Shown piece after piece: positions 19,668-31,682 of a stretch of DNA of 64,000 nt. A program made the position numbers and the translations under genes. Within the stretch, counting starts at the first letter, position 1. Each line of letters begins with the position of its first letter. The DNA comes from the human T2T-CHM13v2.0 reference genome, Homo sapiens. The notes under the pieces are model-generated. The model saw only the letters and a list, made by a program, of their open reading frames with translations. It was not told the origin of the DNA and made no database searches. The stretch lies in NCBI RefSeq assembly GCF_009914755.1, contig NC_060932.1. One strand, written 5' to 3'.

Positions 19668-21469
19668 TTTTATTTTTTTTGAAGGCAATTTAATAAGATT
19701 TGAGCATAGATATTAAACTTAGCATGGACAGAGAAACTTATTTCTTGGGGGACTGGCATAGTGAAAGAACAGAATCAGTATGACCAGAGAGAGCAGAAAA
19801 ACTTACAACAGCTAATACTACTTGCTACATTGCTGTAGCTTTAAGATTGAGGGAGGAGGACTAGAGCCAGCCTGAGATCTTCTGGGTCAGTTTGATCTAG
19901 GCGTTCTTCTTCTTCTTCTAGATCTGCACTTTAAATATTTTTGGTGTCTTTATGACTTAAATGCAAATAGCTTAAACTTAGCTTTTTCTTTTAAGGGTTT
20001 AAGGAGTGAGAGCAGAGCCAAGTCCTGGAGATGGTAAACTTGCTGTTGCACCGTAAAACGAGATGTGCGGGATAGGGGGCAGGGACAAGGCAGAAAAGGA
20101 CTACTCGGATCATTTTTAAGATGGGACAGTAGCCACAGAGGAACAGAGTAAGAATCTAAATGAAGTAAAGCAGTACGGGCGTACATTTCTTTACACAGTG
20201 TTCTACTTAAGGGCACAGGAAAAGTTACAGAATGACGAGAGAGGTGAGCAAGGAAATTTGCAGGGTGGCTGTTTTGAACTCACTACTGGTTTAGTTTAGA
20301 GGAGGTCTAATCACCTGGACGTGGAGTATGACGATCTAAATACTTACAGCTTTCATGGTGCTAGAAATCTTAATCAGGCAAATGTTTTTCACACTTGTTC
20401 TTGTAACAACACTTGACTTGCTTCTGGCAGAAAAGACAGGACTGTGGTCGCCAGCCTAAAAGATTGATGAGAAATTTAACCTCCTGTGACAAAAAATCAG
20501 CACTAAGGGCTTTGAAGAAGTTTTTACTTAGACGTCTTGGCAATATCAACGTCTTGACATGCAAAACTCTGACAACTACTAACAAGACAATAGACACTGA
20601 GCAGAACAATCAATATAAAACAAACAATTGACTTTAGTGCATGTAAACAGTTACGACAGTTTCTTCCTTTTTTTTTTTTTTTTTAGACAGACAAGGGGAG
20701 GGTTTCCTGTGATGGGATCAGTCAGATAACTGCCTGGCCCCTCCCCCTGAGGGGACTTGGGCTCCTCTTAGCATTGGCAGGCCGGTATAAACTTCCGGCT
20801 CAGATCAAGCTATGCCTGATGCTGCCTTAAGCCTTATGGGGTCGCCACAGAACCGCAGGTGAGGTGAGGGCCTACTTGAACTCCGTAGCTTTCGCCGTGG
20901 AGCTACAAACTGGAGGACAAGCGCGAGCCCTTGTCCTCCCTCACTCATTCATTATTCACACAGAGTATATAACAGTTTTTTTTTTTTCTTTCTTGGAGAT
21001 TCTTCAAGAAACTTGAACAAGAGAAAGATGAGAGATAGAAACAGAGAGAGAGAGAGTGACCGGTCTGCCGGAAACCAGGACTCAGTCCTCCAGCATCCTG
21101 GGATGTGGACTGAGTCAAGGGAGGGCCCCTGTCAGGGCCACTTCCCTCCTAGAAAGACACAGAGGTGCCTAACAGAAAACCAGGGCTCTACCTTCTAGCG
21201 TCCTAGAGAAACATGCAGAGTCGAAAGAGGGACACCCTCATCAGGGCCGCTTCCCTCTTCCTAGAACTGAAGTCAAATCTGACCTACGTGACCTCAGGGT
21301 CAGAAGTCGAGGACTCAGAGGTGGAATTTTTATGGGCACCCACCGGGTAGTCGATCCGCTCTCCTCTGGAAGACGGTCACTTTTCGAGGACCTGAAGGTT
21401 TTTTTTTAGGTGGCACCCCCCACAAGCCGGCCGTCCTTCCGGGGGAGCCCGGCTCTCTCCTCATGGCGT

Positions 21470-21487
21470 TTCTCGCTGGGGCCTCCA
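21470..21487 (-). promoter_or_regulatory. Primer-binding site complementary to the tRNA-Thr 3' end
   Basis: The + strand reads TCTCGCTGGGGCCTCCA, matching the 3' end of a human tRNA-Thr, 2 nt from the LTR edge. Confidence 0.88.
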
Positions 21488-21489
21488 AA

Positions 21490-21933
21490 TGTTGTACTTG
21501 AATGAGTTGGAGAAAATGCCACACTTTCACATGAATTAAGAGTCTCCTTATTTAGCTGGTGCCTAAGAAATGGCTAACTCTTAACGTTTTCTTGGCCCCG
21601 AAGAAGGGGCTAGATTTTCTTTTATACTTCAGTTTAGAAAGGGGAAACAGGTCTAGTTAAAAGAATTTTACAGAAGTAGGCAAAAAAGTTAAAAGGATAA
21701 ATTGATACAGGAAAGTAAAGAGTTCTAGGTCTAAGGGCTTTAAGACTATTACAAAGTGATAGACGTGGGGCTTTAGGCATTATCAATCGGACAAATTCCT
21801 GGGAACTGTGGATATTGCTCGCCCCACAGTATCTTATCAGTTAATTGCATTCTTAGATCTGCTAAGAGTCAGCTTACACAAGTTAAGTCCTTGAGGAAGG
21901 GGCTGCCAGTGAAAAAGCCAAGATAAAAGCTGT
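21490..21933 (-). mobile_element. 5' LTR (LTR6), truncated in U3
   Basis: It aligns with 14631-~15073 but lacks the last ~110 bp seen in the 3' LTR. Confidence 0.9.
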
Positions 21934-22278
21934 CCCCAGTGTTAGAGGTGGGGCCTGGTGGGAAGAGATTGAATCATGGGGGTGGATTTCTCATGAATGA
22001 TTTTGCATCATCCTTTTGGTCTTGTCCTTGCAATAGCGAGTGAGTTCTTGCAAGATCGGGTTGTTTACGAGTGTGTCGCACCTCCCTCCTTACTCTCTTG
22101 CTCCCGCTTCACTTTCTGCCATCATTGTAAGTTTCCTGAGGCCTCCACAGAAGCTCAGCAGATGTCAGTGTCATGCTCCCTGTATAGCCTACAAAACTGC
22201 GAGCCAATTAAACCTCTTTTCTTTATATATTACTCAGTCTCAGGTATTTCTTTATACCATGAGAACAGCCAAATCCAG
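21934..22278 (+). mobile_element. MST-type MaLR LTR, 5'-truncated
   Basis: CCCAGTGTTAGAGGTGGGGCCTGGTGGGA...GAGCCAATTAAACCTCTTTTCTTTAT...CAGTCTCAGGTATTTCTTTATA. Confidence 0.85.
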
Positions 22279-22284
22279 CAGCCG

Positions 22285-22398
22285 TAGACAATATGTAGCA
22301 AATGTGCATGGCTGTGTTTCAATAAAACTTTATTGACAAACACATGTGCAAGCAGGTCAGATTTGGCCCATGGGCCATAGTGTCCCAATCTCTGCTCT
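22285..22398 (+). mobile_element. MER58-like hAT DNA transposon fragment
   Basis: GGCTGTGTTTCAATAAAACTTTATT...GATTTGGCCCATGGGCCATAG. Confidence 0.65.
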
Positions 22399-22433
22399 GG
22401 AATATTCTGTCCAGCCTGGATGGACATCTCTAG

Positions 22434-22876
<443 letters not shown>

Positions 22877-23924
22877 CCTCTAGATTTTTTTTTTTTGTTG
22901 ACCATTGCTTATTTGGTTTGACTTTCATTTTCTTCCCCATTGTGGTAGTCATTTTCTGAATGCCTGTTAGTTTGTCCATCTCTCTCCTCTGTAGTCCCTA
23001 GAGTCAGATGAACTCCTCTGCAGGTGCAATGGTGTAACACTCTCTAGTGCTGAATTCTGAGCAGGAGAAAGAGAGCAAGAGTGACCAGTACCTTTGGAAA
23101 CTCTGGCCTCCTGAGAATTTGGTGTCTCCTCTGCAAAGGTTGCATACCTGTTAACCCACAGGCAGGAGAGAGAGACAAGCCAGAATCATGATCTGTTGAG
23201 CTTGAGTTTAATATCTGATGCACAGAGATCACTGAGTTTTTTGATAAGAATTAGAGGGGGAAGAAATGGCCACAGAGAACAATTTCTATCTCCAGGTGAG
23301 GATTCAGGAGATAATTCTGTGAACAGAACTTCCTGAGAACTGAGATGGGGGAAATCGCTGGTATTAGAAGAGTGAAAATGTCAGTAATTATGGCTACGAC
23401 TGTGCTCTTAGAGGCAAAAGAAGAAAATGAGACTGCCAGGCATGAATAATGAGAAATCTTTGATGGAATTAGCCATGCAGAACAGATACTAAATGCATCC
23501 TCATTCTTCTCATAGTCAAAAGTTTGTGCTTAAGCTGGATGGGAAAAAGAGAATCCCATTTCACTAAGTATAAAAGAGGGGATTTTAGAGAAGCTCTCAG
23601 AAGAAAGAGATGTGGGGGTTTGGTGAAACTCACCAGAGGCTGAACCCTCTCCAGCATAACACAGGGATTGGGAGGAGCAGGGCAGCATTAGGCCAGATGT
23701 ATAGCCCAGTGCTGCTCTCTCTGGACTTGTTTGCTAGCTGAGCTCATCCATTTACATAATTTTCAGTGCCATTTCTCAGCTAATGAGTCCTGAACTTTTG
23801 TCTTGAGGCTAGAATTCTCCTTCAAACAGCAGTTTTAACACTCAACTTCTTTCTTGTTTTTTCCACTTGTCAACTCATGAACACCTCAACCTTGTTACAT
23901 CCAAAGCCAAACTCATGGCTTGGA

Positions 23925-24228
23925 GTGGTAGGTGATGGCTGTAATCCCAGTGCTATGGGAGGCAGAGGTGGGAGGATTACTTGAGGCCAGGAGTTGGAAG
24001 CCAGCCTGGAAAACAGAGTGAGACTCCCTATCTACAAAAAAAAAAAAAAAAAAAAAAAGCTAGGCATGGTGATGTGCATCTGTAGGATCTGTAGTCCTGC
24101 TACATGGCACGCTGAGGCAGGAGGATCACTTGAGCCCAGGAGTTTGAGGCTGCAAAGAGTTATGATTGCACCAATGCACTCCAGCCTGGGTGACACAGCC
24201 AGAGACCCTGTCTTAAAAAAAAAAAAAA
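23925..24228 (+). mobile_element. Alu (AluJ-like) with expanded central poly(A)
   Basis: Dimer with an ~24-nt middle A run and an A tail; CCAAAGCCAAACTC occurs near both ends. Confidence 0.9.
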
Positions 24229-24229
24229 C

Positions 24230-24925
24230 CAAAGCCAAACTCTCTTTTTCCTCCTCCTTCTCCATGGGCTCTGTCCATGCCATCTCTGTTCTGTAAATGG
24301 CACCACCCCCTGCTGAGCTGCTCAAGGTGGTCATAACTCATGTGTTGTGCTAACTCTTCTTTTGCCCTCTTCTCCAGTCAGCAAGTCCTGTGATTCTAAA
24401 CTTTATCCAACTTGTCCACTCTCTGTAGCTTCACTGTCATTATCTTTGCCTAGGACACCACTATCTCAGCTGGGCTACAGCAGCCTCCTAACTGGTCTTA
24501 ACTGGTACTCTGCACCTGCTCTCCATGCTCAGCAATCCATTTCCTACCTGGCAGCTTCAGTGATCTTAAGGCTTCCATTGAGTCTCATCCCTGCCTTTCC
24601 TGCCCATGGTACATAGAATAAAATCGAGACCCCGAGTCTTCTGCCTGTTCCTGCCACCTCTCCAGCCCTCTCCTATCTCCTGCCCTTGGCCTACTCTATT
24701 TCAGCCACTATGGCCTCCTTTTGTTTTCTTGGACTTTCAAACCTTTTTCCACAACACGGCCTTTGCACTTGCTGCTTCAGCCTGGAATGATTTTCCCTGC
24801 ACCTCCCCAAATTAGACCATCCTTCAGGTGTCAGCTAAAATGGTGCTTCCACAGACAGCTCTTCCCTGACCCCTTTATAAACTGGACTTACCTGCTCTTC
24901 TCCACCTTAACCTCTTATTGTTTCT
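24230..24925 (+). mobile_element. L2 LINE fragment (continues at 25588-25699 and 32742-32790)
   Basis: L2 motifs CAGCAGCCTCCTAACTGGTCT and GGCCTTTGCACTTGCTG; the L2 3' end AGTGCCTGGCACA...GCTCAATAAATA appears after the provirus. Confidence 0.7.
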
Positions 24926-25587
24926 TGTTGTGGGAAGTCAGGGACCCCAAATGGAGAGGGACTGGCTGGAGCCATGGCAGAGGAACATAAATGGTGAAGA
25001 TTTCATGGACATTTATCAGTTCCCAAATAATACTTTTATAATTTCTTATGCCTGTCTTTAATCTCTTAATTCTGTTATATTCATAAGCTAAGGATGTACA
25101 TCACCTCAGGACCACTGTGATAATTGTGTTAACTGTACAAATTGATTGTAAAACATGTGTGTTTCAACAATATGAAATCAGTGCACCTTGAAAAAGAAGA
25201 GAATAACGGCAATTTTTAGGGAACAAAGGAAGACAACCATAAGGTCTGCCTGCCTGCAGGGTTGGGCAAAAAGAGCCATATGTTTCTTCTTGCAGAGAGT
25301 CTATAAACGGATGTGCAAGTAGGAGAGAGATCGCTAAATTCTTTTCCTAGCAAGGAATATTAATAGTAATACCCTGGGAAAGGAATGCATTTTTTGAAGC
25401 CCTTAATAAAAACTTGCTCATCTGAGACTCAGGGGGCATCACGGTCCTACTGATGTGTAATGTCACCCGCAGCAGCCCAGCTGTAAAATTCCTCTTTGTA
25501 GTGTCTCTCTTTATTTCTCAGCTGGCTGACACTTATGGAAAACAGAAAGAACCTACATTGAAATATTGGGGGCAGGTTCCACCTATA
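24926..25587 (+). mobile_element. MER11 (HERV-K HML-8) solo LTR with internal deletion
   Basis: It runs TGTTGTGGGAAGTCAGGGACCCC...GGGGGCAGGTTCCACCTATA and is only ~660 bp; the deletion join is near 25390 (GGAATGCAT|TTTTTGAAGCCCTTAATAAA). Confidence 0.88.
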
Positions 25588-25699
25588 CTTCTTTCATAGA
25601 TTTACTTATTTTTTGTTTGTCCCCCTCTGTATCCTAGAAACTCCTGGAGGGCAGAGGCATGCCTGCCATCTTCATCATTGCATTACCACCACCCAACAC

Positions 25700-26765
25700 T
25701 ATCGGGGGACCTGCCCTGATAATCAGGTAGGTTCTTTTCTATTTTCCTAAGCGTCGACTGGCTTGAGAAATAAAAGGACAGAGTACAAAAGAGAGAAATT
25801 TTAAAGTTGGGTATCCGGGGGAGACAACACACATTGGTAGGATCCGTGATGCCCCACAAGCCACAAAAACCAGCAAGTTTTCATTAGGGAGTTTCAAAAG
25901 GGGAGAGAGTATATGAATAGGAGTGGGTGACAGACATCAAGTACTTAACAGGGTAATAGAATATCACAAGGCAAGTGGAGATAGGGTGAGATCACAGGAC
26001 CACAGGATGGAAGTGAAATTAAAATTGCTAATAAAGTTTTGGCACCATTGTCATTGATAACATCTTATGAGGAGACAGGGTTTTGAGATCAACCCGTCTG
26101 ACCAAAGTTTATTAGGCGGGAATTTTCTCTTCCTAATAAGCCTGGGAGTGCTATGGGAGACTGGAGTTTATTTCACCTCTGCAATCTCGACCATAAGTGA
26201 CAGGTAAGCCCCGGGGGGCCAGTTCAGAGACCTACCCCTAGGTGCGCATTCTCTTTCTCAGGGACGTTCCATGTTGAGAAAAGGAATTCAGTGATATTTC
26301 TCCCATTTGCTTTTGAAAGAAGAGAAATATGGTTCTGTTCTGCCTGGCTCACCAGTGGTCAGAATTTAAGGTTATCTCTCTAATTCCCTGAACAATTGCT
26401 GTTATCCTGTTCTTTTTTCAGGGTGCCCACATTTCATATTGCTCAAACACACATGATGTACAATTTGTGTACTTAACGCAATTATTACAGGTCCTGAGAC
26501 GATATACATCCTTCTCGACTGACAGGATTAAGAGATTAAAGTAATGACAGGCATAGGAAATCACAAGGGTATTGATTGGGGAAGTGATAAGTGTCCATGA
26601 AATCTTCACAATTTATGTTTAGAGATTGCAGTAAAGACAGGCATAAGAAATTACAAAAGTATTAATTTGGGGAACTAATAAATGTCCATAAAATCTTCAT
26701 AATCCACGTTCTTCTGTCATGGCTTCAGCCGGTCCCTCTGTTTGGGGTCCCGACTTCCCGCCACA
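25700..26765 (-). mobile_element. 3' LTR (MER11)
   Basis: Near-identical direct repeat of 31683-32741. Confidence 0.95.
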
Positions 26766-26769
26766 TCTC

Positions 26770-28900
26770 TCCCTTTCTTTTTATATAAATGTGCCATGGC
26801 GATGAAGGCTTGTTCATTCTCTCGATTTTGACACAGGATTATTTGACTGGTACGGCACACTAAAAGCAAGCCGATGAAGCAGAGAAACATAATTCCAGAA
26901 TTTACTACAGTGGAGCCCCCAATAGACTTAATCCAAGTTCTGGGGTTTAATCCATAAAGATTTTCTGCCACCTGATCTAACGCCTGAGCTCCAGGCACGA
27001 TGGATAAGTGAGCTTGGGAGGCTTCAAAAATTTGTTTTTTTTTTTTAATTTAGTTGTTTTCAATGATAAATTATATTTTCTACCTAGAAGATGTCCTTTG
27101 ACCATTTCCCATGAATGATCAGTCTCGTTGTAGGAATAGGGGTGATGCAGAAATCCAAAGTATTCCAATCGCACTGCATTTGCATGCGATGTTCTAGACT
27201 CACAACCCGATCTCCAAGCCAAATAACAGACTGTCTTAAATCATTAATTTGATTTGCCAATTTTTGATCGATGCCTTGTTGAGAATTCCACATTTGGGTG
27301 GAATTGGCTTGCCAATCATTAACAAAATGAGCCGTTTGAATAGACTGGTGTAATGCCATTCCAGCAGTGGTGGCCATTGCAGTGACTGTAATTAGGCCCA
27401 TGATAACAGCGATTAAAGTGAAAACAAATATCTTAGGTTCTTTTAGAATTCGTTGTACCAATTCATTAATTAAATGTATTGAGGGGGAGGATTCCCAAGG
27501 TCTAGGTAAAGTTATCGGAATCCAGATTCCTTCTCGAGCTCAAACCAACATTACACTTTTCCTGGAGTCAAAGTGGGAGTTAATACAAGTGTATAGATGA
27601 CAACTGACGCATTGGACAATTTGATTATTCATCCAAATTTTGATATTTCCTACCAATATCATGTAAGGAGGCTTAACACAACTCTGTATGGGAACAGTCA
27701 GGTTGGAGGTAAGTAAAGCAGAATATCTGGGTCTACGTTGATACTGAGAGAGTGGGACGGTAGTGGGAACAACAGTCAAAATAGTTTCTCCTTCCCATAC
27801 TCGCAGTCCAGCCATGGCAATAGCCAATTTCCAAAGTCCTGGGTGTTCTGGGCTCAGAATAGGGAGTATCATAGGATGCCTGTGGGGGGGCGGGGGTAAT
27901 GCCTTTATCTTCCCATTTTAAGGGAAAGAATGAGCTGATCCTTGAATGATGATTCTCTTTCTCCTGATAAGAAATAAAATAAGTAGCCTCCAGGCATTCC
28001 CTTCCACAGAGGAGCAATTGTTTTTTAAATAGCCCTATGGTGCCCAGTCTATTACTAAACCATATGAGTCATTTTTTAATATTACTGCATGTGAGTTAAC
28101 ACAGTCTTCCCAAATTAAAGTTTTAGATGGTCCCTCAAAATGTTTAGGGCATGGTTTTCCTACAGGTTTATATTGAAAGTATGGGGTACCTCCCATTACT
28201 CCTCCTTTCATTTGTTGTAAAGGAGAAAGGGAGAGGCCAGAGGCCAAATGTCCCATTTTATCTGTAGCTGATGTTTCTGAAAGATAAGCAGCCCAGAACT
28301 GAGTTTCTAGATGGATGCAACCAGGTGCATGTCCGAGGCACAGAGGTGGGTATTTATAACCCATGGTAACATTAAATGCAGTGCCTTCTTCTCCTGGTTG
28401 TGCGGGGCAAGGGTCGTCTATGGCTCCAGGCATCCACACACTATCGTTAGTGTAGATTTCTGCGGGAGCATCTATCCGGGTGAGAGAGCGAATAAGTGGA
28501 GGAAAAGACACCTAAGCCCAAGAAGAATAATTATGTGTAGGAGGTAAATCAGTGTGAGAGGAAACTGGTGAGACAGAAAGTATAAGGAGGAGAATCATTA
28601 AATAAAACCTAGTGTAAGCGAGATGGAGTGCTGAAGGAGAAAGAGAAGAACAGTGGGATGTTATTTTCAGGCTAATAGAAATGGTGAGATATTTAGGTTT
28701 GTAAGGAGAAAAAGAAAGGTAATCAGGATAAGTGTGATTAGTTAGATGGGTCTCCACTGTCATCAGGGAGGACTGATTTACACCCATTGTGATTTGGTGT
28801 GCCTGTTTCTGAGGAGTCGGCACAGATCTCACCACATCTGAAGGCAGTCTCTGACACAGACGTCTCTTCACTGTGGTTTTGATTGTCAGTATTCACAAGA
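26770..28900 (-). pseudogene. HML-8 env remnant
   Basis: Fragments include FPPLIRSLT...YTNDSVWMPG, QSCVKPPYMILVG, the fusion peptide [15 protein letters not shown] and [18 protein letters not shown]...CDWN. Frameshifts and stops are present, and the furin site is degenerate (KEPKI). Confidence 0.9.
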
Positions 28901-30420
28901 AGCTTGAGTCTTCTGGTGGGCACCCAGACAGGGGATTGATGATCTCCTGGTGAAACACAAGCATATCCTCTTCCCCACGTTAAGTAGAATAAGAGACAAT
29001 ATTTAAAGGTTTGGGGAAATCCTGTAAGGCAGTAATCACAGCAATTAACTCCGCATTTTGAAGAGAAGTATAAGAGGTAGAAAGAAGTTTGTCTGCAGGA
29101 CCTGTATAGCCAGCATTGCCATTACCAGAGCCATCAGTGAATACTGTAACGGCCTCAGGAATGGGTTGATTTTTGGTTAATCGAGGAACCACCCAAGACG
29201 TTATTTTTATAAAATCAAACAATTTGTTTTTTTGGATAATGATCGTCAATAACACCAATAAAATCAGCCAAGTGAATTTGCCACAGTACAGAATGTTGAA
29301 AGGCAGCTTGAACTTCGAGCTGATTTAAAGGAACTACAATTACACTTGGATCAAATCCAGAAAATTGAAGTATTCTGCACCGAACCTGTCCAATTAATAT
29401 GGCTATTTGGTCTAGATAAAGTTTTTGACACAGAATGAGGAAGAAAACACCATTCCACTAAATCATTATGTTGAACTATTAGTCCAGTAGGAGAGTGTAA
29501 TGAAGCAAAAACCAGAAGCTGAAAAGGCTGAAATGTCTGTACTCTAGATAACTGGGCAGTCTGGATTGTTTCCTCTACAAATTCCAGATCCAGTAAAGCC
29601 TCAGGGGTCAAAGTCCTAGGGCTGCGGAGATCAGAATCTCCCCGCAGCATAGAGAACAAGTTAGAGAGGGTATAGGTCGGAATGCCTAAAGTAGGTCTTA
29701 AATAATTAATGTTACCCAAAAGTTTTTGGAAGTCATTTAAAGTTTTTAAAGAATCTCTCCTAATTTGAACTTTTTGAGGTTGAATACATTGTTTATCGAC
29801 CACCATTCCTAAATATTGAACAGGAGTGGTCTGTTGAATTTTATCCTGAGCAATGCGTAATCCAGCCTCTGTAACACAGCGGTTCAAAATTTGGTAACAG
29901 TCAATTAATTTTTTATCAGTGGGGGCAGAAATTAAAATATCATCAATATAATGAAGAATATAGGCCTCGGGAAATCGGGCTCAAACTGGTGAAAGCACTT
30001 GTCCAACATAAAGCTGGCAGATTGTAGGGCTATTTAGCATTCCCTGAGGAAGTACTTTCCATTGATAACGAGCTACAGGCTCCTGATTATTGATAGATGG
30101 TACAGTAAAAGCAAATTTTTCACAATCCGATTTATGTAAAGCGATATGAAAAAAAAAAACTCTTTAAGATCAATAACTATGAGAGGCCAATCTTTAGGTA
30201 TTAAAGCAGGGGCAGGCATGCCGGGTTGGACGGCCCCCATAGGTTTAATTACAGCATTAATGGCCCTTAAGTCGGTTACTATCCGCCATTTGCCTGATTT
30301 CTTTTTTACTAGAAACAGGAGAATTCCAAGGGGAAAGAGAAGGTTCCACATTTCCAAGTTGTAACTGCTCAGAAACCAATTGATTTAAAGCCTCCAGTTT
30401 TTCTTTAGAAAGCGGCCCCT
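28900..30420 (-). pseudogene. HML-8 pol remnant (RT, RNase H, IN C-terminus; IN core deleted)
   Basis: Motifs are [29 protein letters not shown] at 29939-29950 and FTDGS. LNIVS then jumps directly to [12 protein letters not shown] at ~28980. Confidence 0.9.
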
Positions 30421-31490
30421 GCTGAATCCCAGGGCCACTTGTCTTATCTCCTTTGTTTAAAAGGATATTAGGTAGTAAAAGCAATTGAGCTTGTTGAAGA
30501 GTAGTAAAAGAAACAGGAGCTTGGGCTGGGGAGTGTAGTTTATCCCAAGCTCTCATACACACTTTTGTTCCTTGTTCTGTGGTAAGAGTATCAAAGTTTA
30601 ATTGGGCATAAGCATCAGAGAAACTATCGGAGCCTGTGAGCTGAGCCTGAGTAATTAGAATGCCATTACTCCGATTTAGCTGAGCCTGTAAACAGGCCTC
30701 CTCCTACCACCAGGCTGAGATGGACTTAGAACAGCTTTTTGCCAAAAGATCACAGTCTAAAGGAAGCAAAACGACCTCAGTATAAAAAGTTTGCAATACC
30801 ATTTGAACATAAGGAAAAGTAGGACCATACTGAGTACAAGCATCCTTAAATTGTTTTTAAAAAGGTAAGATTGAGCGGCGCCTATCGATGCAGACTGGCT
30901 GAGGAACTGAAACGACAGGAGGGTGAGGGGCTGTAGTGGATGGGGGAGGGCCTGGAGAATGACAGGTAAATTGTAGTTTGGTCCCAGAGCCATTATTTGA
31001 TGCTGGAGGTTTGAAGAGAGAAGAATTAGCATATTTATGGTACCGGGCTTTTTGAGTCACAGCCGCAGGAGTTTGAAGTACCGGCTTTTCGTGGGAAGAA
31101 GTAAGAAAAGTAGGGGGTAACTTTAAGCCAAAGTTACCAGAGTTAGAAATCGAATTTTCAGAATCGTTAGGGAGGGGAGGAGTAGCTGAAGGGAGAGTCT
31201 GAACGAAGGCCATGTGGGAGAGGAAGGTTGAGAAAAAGGCAGAGAAACTGAGGAAAAGGCAGAAAACTGCGGCAACTGCAGGGGGTCACGAGATTGGCAA
31301 GCCACGAAGATGTCACGCACCAAGCACCCCAAACAGTGATGGGCACATAATACCCGGCCGAGATCAGTTTTCGGAATGCCTTACGGACACAATCACACAA
31401 TTTTATATACACCGTTCCTTTTTCAGGAAACCAAGAACAGTATTTTTCTACTGCCCTGAATAGAGTGATCATATTTTTCATGGTTACCGG
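30421..31490 (-). pseudogene. HML-8 gag remnant (partial MA and CA); NC, dUTPase and protease deleted
   Basis: LFRAVEKYCSWFPEKG (MA) and CMRAWDKL (CA) are present; the sequence then joins RT at ~30420. Confidence 0.82.
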
Positions 31491-31662
31491 TTTTAACAGG
31501 AGTTTGTTAGATTACACATGACCCACAGTTAACCCAGACCTTACACAGATTACTCACCACTCATCGGGGAGTTGAACACGCTTATCTGTGGACCAAGCCG
31601 ATTGACGTTTCACCGCACCTACCAAAGGGAATCCGGTTCCCTCATGCACTTAGGAAAAAAGA

Positions 31663-31680
31663 AAGACCACGTGGGCGCCA
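31663..31680 (-). promoter_or_regulatory. Primer-binding site, tRNA-Lys(1,2)-like
   Basis: The minus strand reads TGGCGCCCACGTGGTC, 2 nt from the LTR; the canonical site is TGGCGCCCAACGTGGGGC. Confidence 0.85.
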
Positions 31681-31682
31681 GA

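Larger units (their letters stand above)
14631..21933 (-). mobile_element. HERV-T (HERVS71/LTR6) gammaretrovirus-like provirus, defective
   Basis: It has two LTRs (14631-15182 and 21490-21933), a tRNA-Thr primer-binding site, a polypurine tract at ~15183-15192, and gag, pol (RNase H/IN) and env remnants. Confidence 0.92.

Noticed and set aside
21110-21270. Two ~40-bp similar motifs (GAGGG..CCC..TCAGGGCC.CTTCCCTC..CTAGAA)
   Set aside because: They lie in the HERV-T leader and are most likely an intrinsic feature of the viral leader.
21470-21487. tRNA-Thr gene
   Set aside because: Only the 3' ~17 nt including CCA match, next to an LTR, so it is a primer-binding site.
26717-31481. Intact retroviral Env, Pol or Gag proteins
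   Set aside because: All frames are fragmented by stops, frameshifts and large deletions; the longest piece is 178 aa.
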